From contig JBFXGD010000021.1 in NCBI GenBank assembly GCA_050178385.1, positions 1 through 33,265 on the forward strand: DNA of 33,265 nucleotides. The letters are read 5' to 3'. This DNA is from Calditrichaceae bacterium (GTDB lineage: Bacteria > Calditrichota > Calditrichia > Calditrichales > JBFXGD01). Below the pieces are notes generated by a model, which saw only the letters and a list, made by a program, of their open reading frames with translations, was not told the origin of the DNA and made no database searches. Each line of letters opens with the position of its first letter. The first letter of the stretch is position 1. Of the stretch, positions 1-8,979 are shown piece after piece. Both the position numbers and the translations under genes were made by a program.

Positions 1-1773
1 GCAATGGTCATGATCGCAATTATCATTGTAACCATTCCTTATTATCAGAAGCTTATTGTAGGTGATCAGCCGGTTGAAGAAAAAAAAGAAATTTATCAGT
101 CCGAGGAACAAGATTCAGTTATCTCAAAACCCGTGGTAGAGGATGAAAAGAAAGCGAAGAAAGAAACACCAATTGTTGAAAAAATGAAGGAAGCGAGTGT
201 CTCATCCTACACCAACCTAACAGTTGATCAGGATATCGCGGAAAAAAAGATTGAGATTAATACAGACAAAATTAGAGTAATACTATCAAATCGCGGTGGC
301 GGAAGTCTTGAAAAGTTTGTTCTAAAAAAATACTCCAAGTATGATACCACCCTGGTTAATATGATTGACAGGGAAATCCGCAACGATCTATATCTCAGTT
401 TTCAATCACTAAACGGTTCATATGTTGATGTTAAGGATTTGATTTTCTTTAGCAGCTCCGAGATAAAAAAGAAAAATCTCAGGGAAGGAGAGTCCTTTAA
501 AATAACCTATTCGGTAAAAATTAATAATTCGGAGTTAACAAAAACGTACATATTTTATGATGATGTGTATCATTTTGATGTAATAATTAATTTTACTAAT
601 CCCGATGAACTGCTTTTGAACAGACAGTACGAATATGGTTGGAAAAACGGACTCCCGTCGACAGAATCATATGAATCGGATGATTACAGTTATAACCAGA
701 TTTATGCTTACATGGCAGAAGACCTTGAAAGCTACGATGTTACAGAAGCAGGTGAAAAAGAGAGGGTGACATTAACAGGAACTGCTGACTGGCTTGCAAT
801 TAGAACAAAATATTTTGTTACGAGCGTTTCAAATATTAATGCTGATGTTTCCAACGGAATATATTTTTACGGCATCGGAATCCAAAAAGAGGATTTTGTT
901 CAGCGGCTATATAACACCGGTTTCTTTATTCAGTACAAAAATGAAACAGGCGGGGATTCGCTTCGTGTTTACATGGGCCCGCTGGATGACCATGAACTGA
1001 GTAAATATGATAATAATTTAGAAATTATGATAATGAATAATGGGTGGTACGAAAGAATGTTCAGATGGATCAGTCTTTTAGTGCTGCCTATTTTGACATT
1101 TTTATATTCTTTTATTCCGAACTACGGCGTAGTTATTATAATTTTCTCTATCCTTGTTAAATTCGCATTGCATCCTCTTACGAAAAAAAGCTATCAATCA
1201 ATGAAAGAGATGCAGAAAATTCAACCGATCATGGCCGAGCTGAAGGAGAAATATAAGAGCGATCCTCAGCGGATGAATAAAGAGACAATGAAGCTCTATA
1301 AAGAACATGGAGTTAATCCATTGGGGGGCTGTCTTCCGACACTGCTTCAGATGCCGTTGCTGATTGCTTTGTTTATTGTGTTCCGGTCGACTATTCAGCT
1401 GAGAGGCGCCATGTTTATTCCGGGCTGGATTGAGGATCTTTCAAGAACAGATACGTTATTCCATTTACCTTTTTCGCTGCCGATGTATGGAAATGAATTT
1501 AATCTCTTACCTATTCTTATGGCCGTCACGATGATCTTTCAGTCAAAAATGACGATGACCGACCCAAAACAAAAAGCGATGGTTTATATAATGCCGGTAT
1601 TTATGCTGTTAATCTTTAACCGTTTTCCGGCAGGATTAAATTTATACTATACAATGTTTAATCTTCTTACGATTATCCAGCAAAAATTCATCAGCAAGGG
1701 AACCGGCTTGGAGAAGGCTTCCGTTAAAGTTCCCGTAAAAGAGAAAAAAGCAAGCAAGAGCAAGAGGAGATAA
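1..1773 (+). CDS. yidC: Membrane protein insertase YidC (probably 5'-truncated)
   Basis: N-terminal TM, large periplasmic domain, C-terminal core with NYGVVIIIFSILVK, LYKEHGVNPLGGCLP, PAGLNLYY. Frame is open to the window edge (GCA before the ATG at 4). Typical synteny with mnmE. Confidence 0.97.
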   Translation, partial: AMVMIAIIIVTIPYYQKLIVGDQPVEEKKEIYQSEEQDSVISKPVVEDEKKAKKETPIVEKMKEASVSSYTNLTVDQDIAEKKIEINTDKIRVILSNRGGGSLEKFVLKKYSKYDTTLVNMIDREIRNDLYLSFQSLNGSYVDVKDLIFFSSSEIKKKNLREGESFKITYSVKINNSELTKTYIFYDDVYHFDVIINFTNPDELLLNRQYEYGWKNGLPSTESYESDDYSYNQIYAYMAEDLESYDVTEAGEKERVTLTGTADWLAIRTKYFVTSVSNINADVSNGIYFYGIGIQKEDFVQRLYNTGFFIQYKNETGGDSLRVYMGPLDDHELSKYDNNLEIMIMNNGWYERMFRWISLLVLPILTFLYSFIPNYGVVIIIFSILVKFALHPLTKKSYQSMKEMQKIQPIMAELKEKYKSDPQRMNKETMKLYKEHGVNPLGGCLPTLLQMPLLIALFIVFRSTIQLRGAMFIPGWIEDLSRTDTLFHLPFSLPMYGNEFNLLPILMAVTMIFQSKMTMTDPKQKAMVYIMPVFMLLIFNRFPAGLNLYYTMFNLLTIIQQKFISKGTGLEKASVKVPVKEKKASKSKRR

Positions 1774-1802
1774 AAGACGCCTCTGAAAAGAAGAATCCTG
1801 GT

Positions 1803-3191
1803 ATGATAATAGAAGATCAGAATGACACCATTATTTCGCTAATCAGTTCATCCACCGGAGGAAGCGTTGCAATTCTGAGAATTAGCGGTAATAACGCGGT
1901 GAGCATAACAGAAAAGTTTTTCCCTGGATATGATTTGGTAAAGTCATCCGGGGGAAGATTTTATGTCGGTAATTTTCTTTCTAGTTCACACGAAGTAATT
2001 GATCAGGTTGTTCTTCTAATATATAAAAAGCCGCACTCCTATACCGGCGAAGATGTGGTTGAGATTAATTGTCACGCGAACCCGTTTATCATCCGGAAAA
2101 TAATTGAAGAGTATCTTACCGCCAATTGCAGGATGGCCGCACCCGGAGAGTTTTCAAAAAGGGCTTTTCTAAACGGGAAAATGGATCTGGTTCAGGCTGA
2201 AGCCGTGGCCGATCTAATAAACGCAAAATCGAACGCGATCGTAAAAAACTCACTGCTGCAGCTTAGCGGTCAATTATCAGGCATCATCATCAAAATTAAA
2301 GATGACATGATAAGGATTGCTTCTCTCCTTGAATTGGATCTGGATTTCAGCGAAGAAGACCTAAATATTATCACAGCTGACCAGATTCTTGAAATCCTAA
2401 ATATGGCTGAAAGTAAAATTGATTCCCTTCTAAAAAGCTATAAGGTGGGCCATGTGCTGACCAAAGGAATTGATGTTCTTATAATAGGCAAGCCGAATGT
2501 CGGAAAATCCAGTCTGATGAACGCTTTTTTAAACAAGGACCGTGTCATTGTTTCAAATGTTCCCGGCACTACGCGTGATATTATACATGAAGATATTGTT
2601 ATTAATAATACATATGTCCGTTTTATTGATACGGCCGGTATCAGAATTACAGATGATTTTATAGAATCTGAGGGGGTTTCAAGAACCACTAAATTTATGA
2701 AGCAGGCCGATGTGATTATTCTTCTGGTGGATGCGTCGGAACCCCTGACAAGTGAAGATACACATTTAATTTCTTCCATGACGGCAGAATACCCTCAAAA
2801 GCTGATTGTTGCCGCCAATAAAACAGACAAAGGAACAGATCAAAACTGTGAAAGATATCTAAATAAAGTGAACGTAAAAACACAATACATATCAGCAAAG
2901 CTAAACAAAAACATAGATGTATTAAAAAACAGCATCACCGAAAAAATCTTTCTGCTTGAAAAAGAGATCAGCGAAGAAGTTTTAATTACAAACGAACGCC
3001 AATATGAATCGCTTAAGAAAAGCAGGGCTGATTTAAGAAGCACAAAAGATGGATTAATGAACGGCATGGGGTATGAATTTATTGCAGTGGATATACGCAC
3101 CGCAATCGAACACCTATCCGAAATAACAGGTGAAATTTCAACCGATGACATTCTTAATAACATCTTTTCTCAGTTTTGTATCGGTAAGTAA
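1803..3191 (+). CDS. mnmE: tRNA modification GTPase MnmE (TrmE)
   Basis: SYTGEDVVEI, GEFSKRAFLNGK, G1 GKPNVGKS, GTTRD, DTAG, NKTD, C-terminal FCIGK. Confidence 0.98.
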   Translation: MIIEDQNDTIISLISSSTGGSVAILRISGNNAVSITEKFFPGYDLVKSSGGRFYVGNFLSSSHEVIDQVVLLIYKKPHSYTGEDVVEINCHANPFIIRKIIEEYLTANCRMAAPGEFSKRAFLNGKMDLVQAEAVADLINAKSNAIVKNSLLQLSGQLSGIIIKIKDDMIRIASLLELDLDFSEEDLNIITADQILEILNMAESKIDSLLKSYKVGHVLTKGIDVLIIGKPNVGKSSLMNAFLNKDRVIVSNVPGTTRDIIHEDIVINNTYVRFIDTAGIRITDDFIESEGVSRTTKFMKQADVIILLVDASEPLTSEDTHLISSMTAEYPQKLIVAANKTDKGTDQNCERYLNKVNVKTQYISAKLNKNIDVLKNSITEKIFLLEKEISEEVLITNERQYESLKKSRADLRSTKDGLMNGMGYEFIAVDIRTAIEHLSEITGEISTDDILNNIFSQFCIGK

Positions 3192-3192
3192 A

Positions 3193-3208
3193 TGTTCCAC
3201 GTGAAACA
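3193..3208. promoter_or_regulatory. parS centromere site (TGTTCCACGTGAAACA)
   Basis: Matches the consensus TGTTNCACGTGAAACA. Lies in the 33-bp gap between mnmE and mnmG. Confidence 0.93.
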
Positions 3209-3224
3209 ATTAAACAGGTAATAG

Positions 3225-5096
3225 ATGAAACAGTTTGATGTCGCGGTGATCGGAGGCGGCCATGCTGGAATTGAAGCGGCAATCGTTTCGGCCAGGCTTG
3301 GATTAAAGACCGTGTTAATAACTCTGGAAAAAAATAAAATCGGTTTAATGTCATGTAACCCGGCAATTGGCGGACTGGCTAAGGGACAGCTGGTTCGTGA
3401 GATTGACGCGCTGGGCGGGGTCATGGCTAAAATCACGGATGAGGCCGGCATACATTTCAAAATGCTCAACACTTCAAAAGGGCCGGCGGTTCAATCGCCT
3501 CGGGCTCAGGCCGACCGGATATATTATGCTAAAGTGGCGCAAAAACATATTGACCAAACCGAAAATCTGACAGTAATTCAGGATATGGCAACAGGGATTA
3601 ATGTCATAGGTAATCTTGTCGATTCGATTACATTGAAAAAAAACGGAAAAATTTCAGTTCGCGCGGCGGTGTTGACCGCCGGAACTTTTTTGAATGGTAT
3701 CATCCATATCGGCTTGAATCAACTGCCGGCGGGAAGATCGGGAGAGCTGCCTTCCCTGGGTATTACGGAGTCCTTAAAAGCGCTTGGTTTTGAATCAGGC
3801 CGACTGAAAACCGGAACACCGCCTAGAATTCACCGCGACAGCATCGATTATTCAAAGGTCGAAATACAGTTACCGGATGAAAACCCGCAGCCATTTTCAT
3901 TTTCCACGGATAGTATTATCCGGCGGCAAATAAACTGCTACATTACATATACCAATTCCTCGACTCACGATGAACTGCGACAGGGATTTGATTTTTCTCC
4001 CATGTTTGGTGGCAGAATTCAGGGTGTCGGTCCGCGGTATTGTCCTTCAATCGAAGATAAAATTAATCGCTTTTCTGAGAGGGAGCGCCATCAGCTTTTT
4101 CTGGAGCCGGAAGGATATGACAATGATGAAGTCTATGTAAACGGATTCTCTACCAGCCTTCCCGCGGATGTGCAGGAAAAATCCATCCGAACGATCCAGG
4201 GATTGGAAAACACAAAAATTATCAGACTGGGCTATGCGGTTGAATACGACTTTTTCTCACCAAGCCAGTTGAAATACACACTGGAAACAAAAGAGGTCGG
4301 GAACCTCTATTTTGCCGGACAGATAAATGGCACATCCGGGTATGAGGAAGCGGCTGCCCAGGGCTTTGTCGCCGGAATTAACGCGGCTTTAAAATTAAAG
4401 GGAATGGAGCCTTTTGTTTTAAAACGTTCTGATGCGTATGTGGGAGTGCTGGTTGATGATTTGATCAATAAAATCCATGAAGAACCGTATAGAATGTTCA
4501 CATCACGCGCGGAATTCAGATTAATGCTGAGACATGATAATGCTGATCTCAGGCTGATGGAAATAGGGAAAAAGTATGGCCTGATAGACGACAGGACTTA
4601 TGAAAAATATCAGAAAAGAATAATTGATATCGACCATCTGCGAGGGGATGAGTTAAATAAAAAAATTACGCCCGAGTTGTTTAATTCATCTTATAAAGAC
4701 CAAAGTTCGCCTATTACTCAGGGAATAACTGTAAAGGATATTGTTAAGAGGCCTGAGGTTTCCCTGGATGCAATTCTGAAATTGGTATCAGATAAAAATT
4801 ATGAGCAGGCATCGGTTAGGGAAGTGGAGTTTGGCGTTAAATATGACGGATATATCGATCGCCAGAATATGCTGATGGAGAAGTTTAAGAAAATAGAGAA
4901 CAAGAAAATCGCGGAAGATATCAATTATAATTTAATTAAATCGCTTTCGACGGAAGCGCGGGAGAAGTTGAATAAAATCCGACCGGCTAGTCTTGGACAG
5001 GCATCACGAATATCCGGGGTAAGTCCCGCCGATCTTTCGGTTTTGGTGATATATATTGAAAAATTTAGCATGAACGGTGTTTCACGTGAAACATAA
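3225..5096 (+). CDS. mnmG: tRNA uridine-5-carboxymethylaminomethyl(34) synthesis enzyme MnmG (GidA)
   Basis: GGGHAGIEAA, MSCNPAIGGLAKG, RLKTGTPPR, GPRYCPSIEDK, GQINGTSGYEEAAAQG, EPYRMFTSRAE. Confidence 0.99.
   Translation: MKQFDVAVIGGGHAGIEAAIVSARLGLKTVLITLEKNKIGLMSCNPAIGGLAKGQLVREIDALGGVMAKITDEAGIHFKMLNTSKGPAVQSPRAQADRIYYAKVAQKHIDQTENLTVIQDMATGINVIGNLVDSITLKKNGKISVRAAVLTAGTFLNGIIHIGLNQLPAGRSGELPSLGITESLKALGFESGRLKTGTPPRIHRDSIDYSKVEIQLPDENPQPFSFSTDSIIRRQINCYITYTNSSTHDELRQGFDFSPMFGGRIQGVGPRYCPSIEDKINRFSERERHQLFLEPEGYDNDEVYVNGFSTSLPADVQEKSIRTIQGLENTKIIRLGYAVEYDFFSPSQLKYTLETKEVGNLYFAGQINGTSGYEEAAAQGFVAGINAALKLKGMEPFVLKRSDAYVGVLVDDLINKIHEEPYRMFTSRAEFRLMLRHDNADLRLMEIGKKYGLIDDRTYEKYQKRIIDIDHLRGDELNKKITPELFNSSYKDQSSPITQGITVKDIVKRPEVSLDAILKLVSDKNYEQASVREVEFGVKYDGYIDRQNMLMEKFKKIENKKIAEDINYNLIKSLSTEAREKLNKIRPASLGQASRISGVSPADLSVLVIYIEKFSMNGVSRET
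5078..5093. promoter_or_regulatory. parS centromere site (perfect palindrome TGTTTCACGTGAAACA)
   Basis: Exact consensus within the last codons of mnmG, where it encodes VSRET. Confidence 0.95.
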
Positions 5097-5097
5097 T

Positions 5098-5754
5098 ATG
5101 ATTCTCCCGGATTTGTTTTCGTTTCTGGACACGCAGGGGATCACTTTGAGCGAACGCCAAAGGGCTCTGCTGCTGATTTATTATGATGAGCTGGCAGGCT
5201 GGAGCAAGAAGATGAATCTGGTTTCAACCGGTGATTTGCCGCATATCGTTGAACGACATTTTTTGCCATCATTTGCCTATGTTAATCAATTGGCCGCAGA
5301 CGGGATAGATTCCGGAGCACGGATATTGGATCTGGGAACAGGTTCAGGGTTGCCGGGAATCATACTTTCTATATATTTTAATGACGACAATATCACGCTC
5401 CTGGATTCATCCAGAAAAAAAATACTTTTCTTAAAACGCCTGATTAAAAAACTGGAGCTCCGGACTAATGTGATTCATGGCCGGGCAGAGAGTACAAAAG
5501 AATCGTTCGACATTGTTGTCGCCAGAGCGGTCTCGGATATCCCGGCCTTGATTGATCTTTCCTCGCCGCTCATAAAAATTCCCGGATTTCTTTATATGAT
5601 GAAGGGTGATGATTACCGGCAGGAGTTAAGGGATGCTTTGCCGGATGGTGTCCATTTGGCCGAAGTTGAAATTCCAGGAAGCTGGAAACAATTCTCGCCT
5701 TACCTTCAAAACAAACTTTTCATAAAAATTGAGTTTACGGATGCCGGAAAATAA
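5098..5754 (+). CDS. rsmG: 16S rRNA m7G527 methyltransferase RsmG (GidB)
   Basis: WSKKMNLVS, ERHFLPS, LDLGTGSGLPG, LLDS, VVARAV. Follows mnmG. ATG 5098 is preferred over GTG 5077, which would merely translate the parS site. Confidence 0.95.
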   Translation: MILPDLFSFLDTQGITLSERQRALLLIYYDELAGWSKKMNLVSTGDLPHIVERHFLPSFAYVNQLAADGIDSGARILDLGTGSGLPGIILSIYFNDDNITLLDSSRKKILFLKRLIKKLELRTNVIHGRAESTKESFDIVVARAVSDIPALIDLSSPLIKIPGFLYMMKGDDYRQELRDALPDGVHLAEVEIPGSWKQFSPYLQNKLFIKIEFTDAGK

Positions 5755-6673
5755 GGTGTTTGACGATTTGTCCGCTCTGATAACGGAAGGGCGGAATCCG
5801 CGGACGACTAATATTGATTTGATGAGTACTGATGAAATCATACAATTAATAAATGATGAAGACAGGGTGGTCGCGGAAGCGGTTAAGAAAGAATTGCCAA
5901 AAATTTCCCGCGCAGTGGATATGATTGTTGGCGCGTTCAGGGAACAAGGCCGTTTAATTTATGTCGGCGCAGGCACATCGGGAAGGCTCGGTATGTATGA
6001 CGCGGCTGAATGTCCACCGACTTTTGGAGTCGATCCGGAGATGGTGACCGCGATTATCGCCGGAGGCAGCAATGCCCTGGTTGTATCGATCGAAGGGGCT
6101 GAAGATGATGAAATGGCCGGACGAGAAGATTTGAGGCGCGTGCTAAAATCAAACAAAGATGTGGTTTGCGGGATCGCCGCGAGCGCCAGAACACCATATG
6201 TGAGAGGCGCTCTTGATGAAGCGGGGGCCGCCGGAGCAAAAAAAATCATAATTGTCTGTAATCCCGCAGAAGAATTAAAAATTGATGTTGATGTTGTTAT
6301 TGGGCCTGTTACCGGCCCGGAAGTCATTATGGGATCCACAAGAATGAAAGCAGGGTCAGCTCAAAAGATGATCTTAAATATGCTTACCACTGCATCGATG
6401 GTAAAAATTGGTAAAGTTTATGAAAATCTTATGGTCGATTTAAAGCTGAATTCCAAAAAGCTTACCGAACGGGCCAAAAAACTGATAATGATTGCGGCAG
6501 CCGTTGATTATGAAAAAGCGTCTGATCTGCTTGTCAATTCGGGCGGGAGTGTAAAAACAGCAATTTTTATGGGCAAAACGGGCTGCTCAGTTAGCGATGC
6601 CCGTAATTTTATAGACCAAAGTGATGGTTTTCTGAGAAAGGCAATCCGGGACTGGGAATTGTCGGAAGGTTAA
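5741..6673 (+). CDS. murQ: N-acetylmuramic acid 6-phosphate etherase
   Basis: TEGRNP, GAGTSGRLG, DAAECPPTFG, EGAED, GPEVIMGSTRMKAG, NLMVD. Likely start is ATG 5741. Confidence 0.97.
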   Translation: MPENKVFDDLSALITEGRNPRTTNIDLMSTDEIIQLINDEDRVVAEAVKKELPKISRAVDMIVGAFREQGRLIYVGAGTSGRLGMYDAAECPPTFGVDPEMVTAIIAGGSNALVVSIEGAEDDEMAGREDLRRVLKSNKDVVCGIAASARTPYVRGALDEAGAAGAKKIIIVCNPAEELKIDVDVVIGPVTGPEVIMGSTRMKAGSAQKMILNMLTTASMVKIGKVYENLMVDLKLNSKKLTERAKKLIMIAAAVDYEKASDLLVNSGGSVKTAIFMGKTGCSVSDARNFIDQSDGFLRKAIRDWELSEG

Positions 6674-7848
6674 ATCGCGCTTTGAATGGCCGGGTCATGT
6701 ATTGATTCAAATTTCAAATACTTTTCGTACATGGGTTTGGACAGGTTCATTTCAGGAAACCGATTATATAAGCTTTCCGCAAACATAAAATCGAGGTGAT
6801 TCGTATTGATCGGAGCGAAACCCATAACTTTTTTCCAGATTTCCTTGTCTTCCATACAAAAATAAGTGAATACATCCGGAGAATAATAACGAATCCGGCT
6901 ATAAATTGATCTGAACATTTTTAGACGAATCGGTTTAAAGTAACGTGTCTTTTGGTCTTTACCTATAATTTGTTCACCTCGTATGATTGATGTTCCCGGG
7001 AACCGGTCTCTGATTGTTTCTTTAAGAGAAGGCGGGAACCGTAAACCACCTATGCTGATCCAAACAATGTTGTCGGGATTTATATGCTGAAAAAGCTGAT
7101 CAATAACATTGGAATATCCTGATTCCCATTCATCATAAAAAATAACCGGGTCAAAATGAAATCCCAGCTTAAAGCCCATTTTCTGAGCCTGAACCGCAGA
7201 TTCCAAACGCTCTTTAAGACTGGCGGTTTTAAATTCAATATTTGTTATAACATGATCAGGGTTTAATGACCAGGATAACACTAAATTTTCGGTTTTATTT
7301 TGGAACGATTCCAAATGACGCACATGGTTTGTTTTTGATTTAAGTTCAAAAAAAACATTATGTTTGGTGTCAAAATATGGAATAAGCAAAGAGGAAATTC
7401 CCGTATATTCTTCCAGCGCCAGGCTGTCAGCCAGTTCTCCGGTCCCAATCCGGATAATGCGATCGGGAAATTTCGCTGTAAAGGCGTCAAATTCTTCCAG
7501 AATCTTGTAGTAATTGGCATAAACAGTAAGAACAGAACTGTTCATATAACTCTGAAGAATGCAATAGGCGCAATCAAGCGGGCAGCCGGTTGTCTCGTTA
7601 ATAACCTGGTAATTACAGCAAATATAATCGTGGGATGTTCCCGGGCAGGGCTTACAAAAATTGCCTTTATAATTTGTCACGTAAAGGAGGCGCTTGCCCT
7701 CGGCGATGGAAGATGATTCAAGTTTCTCCGGTGGCGAATCAGAAATGGTAATAGGTATATTTGAAAGTTTGGAGATGATATTCTTCGCAAACGCGCTATC
7801 CCGTACATCCCGATTAATATATATATGTGAAATGGAAATCGGTTTCAT
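6670..7848 (-). CDS. Spore photoproduct lyase (SplB)-like radical SAM protein
   Basis: CxxxCxxC (GCPLDCAYC) followed by LQ, TVYAN, GELADSLALE, ELKSK, WSLNP, ERL..A, GFHFDP and KTRYF, which is the SPL-family layout. Confidence 0.88.
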   Translation of the reverse strand: MKPISISHIYINRDVRDSAFAKNIISKLSNIPITISDSPPEKLESSSIAEGKRLLYVTNYKGNFCKPCPGTSHDYICCNYQVINETTGCPLDCAYCILQSYMNSSVLTVYANYYKILEEFDAFTAKFPDRIIRIGTGELADSLALEEYTGISSLLIPYFDTKHNVFFELKSKTNHVRHLESFQNKTENLVLSWSLNPDHVITNIEFKTASLKERLESAVQAQKMGFKLGFHFDPVIFYDEWESGYSNVIDQLFQHINPDNIVWISIGGLRFPPSLKETIRDRFPGTSIIRGEQIIGKDQKTRYFKPIRLKMFRSIYSRIRYYSPDVFTYFCMEDKEIWKKVMGFAPINTNHLDFMFAESLYNRFPEMNLSKPMYEKYLKFESIHDPAIQSAI

Positions 7849-8816
7849 TAAATATCCAGAAGCTCCTTAAGTGATGCAATATTTTTTTTAGTGTTAAGCA
7901 GACTGAGAGCAGACGTAAAGTCATTCTCATCTTTAATATTTATAATAAGTTGCAATCCCTCGGACTCGAATGAATTGTCAAATCTAATTTGAGCATTGGG
8001 CGGCAGATTTATATCTTTTGTTTTTTGTAATGCTTTTAGTCTGTGCTGTGATATGGCCGGATATCGTAATGAAAAAAGGGCGCTTTTTAGGTGTTGCGTT
8101 TTTTGGCTTTTTGTAAGCTGGTCATTTGATAAAACCACCCGCACGGAATCATGGCTAAGAATCTCTTCAATGCTCACCTTTTTATTCAACGCGGACTCAA
8201 AAACAAGTTCGCTGATATTGATCAATTCAACAAGGCGTACAGATAACTGGATCCCAATGTCAAAAATTGGTTGTAATTCGGCTTCGGATTTATCTAAGAG
8301 CGGGCGCAGTTGTCTGTAGGATGCGTTATATTTGTTTATATAATTTAAAAAAGGTTTAGGCCATTGCAGAATACGCTTGATTTTATCCATTTGTGATTCG
8401 TTGTGAGGAAGATTCAGCTGATTCCGCCATGCATAGAGTTCTTGTATTGGAACGGAATTAATACCTAAAAAATGAAAAATGGATATTTTTTGATACAGGT
8501 TGGGTTCTGAATCATAATTCAGTGAAAAAAGCCGAATTTTTGCGATTTTCTCAAATCCAAAGGAAGAATCCAAAACAATGACCGGAACGGATTTTAGGGA
8601 AAGATCGGCGGCAATATTCAGTCGTTTGTAGCCGTCGATAACATATATACGATCTTTATTAATAAAACAAATTAATGGGCTTAGAATCCCAAATTGGTAG
8701 ATGGATGAACGAAGTTGGCCTGATTCAGGTGACGAATTAATGTCAAAATCCGGCTCCAAATGAATTTCATTCACATTTAAAGATTTATTTTGATTCAGGT
8801 TTTTCATATGCACCAC
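7848..8816 (-). CDS. ParB/Srx N-terminal domain protein (divergent ParB-like)
   Basis: LRSSIYQFGILSPL (box I-like), IDGYKRL (box II-like), VPVIVL, then a helical region. Likely start is ATG 8807. Its stop overlaps the next start (TAATG). Confidence 0.8.
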   Translation of the reverse strand: MVHMKNLNQNKSLNVNEIHLEPDFDINSSPESGQLRSSIYQFGILSPLICFINKDRIYVIDGYKRLNIAADLSLKSVPVIVLDSSFGFEKIAKIRLFSLNYDSEPNLYQKISIFHFLGINSVPIQELYAWRNQLNLPHNESQMDKIKRILQWPKPFLNYINKYNASYRQLRPLLDKSEAELQPIFDIGIQLSVRLVELINISELVFESALNKKVSIEEILSHDSVRVVLSNDQLTKSQKTQHLKSALFSLRYPAISQHRLKALQKTKDINLPPNAQIRFDNSFESEGLQLIINIKDENDFTSALSLLNTKKNIASLKELLDI

Positions 8817-8979
8817 ATTTAGAATTTTAATAACAATAATTATTCCGGCTTATTCCAAGTTTAATACACACCATATAAGGTATTATTAAATTCACAATTA
8901 TAAAAATTAAATAGAATAAAACAAATAATTTTTGTATGTTTATTGCTAAGTAGAACTCTAAATCCTGAAGGAGCTCTTT

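Noticed and set aside
5077..5097. N-terminal extension MFHVKHN on RsmG
   Set aside because: It is just the translation of the parS palindrome. ATG 5098 right after the mnmG stop is the more plausible start.
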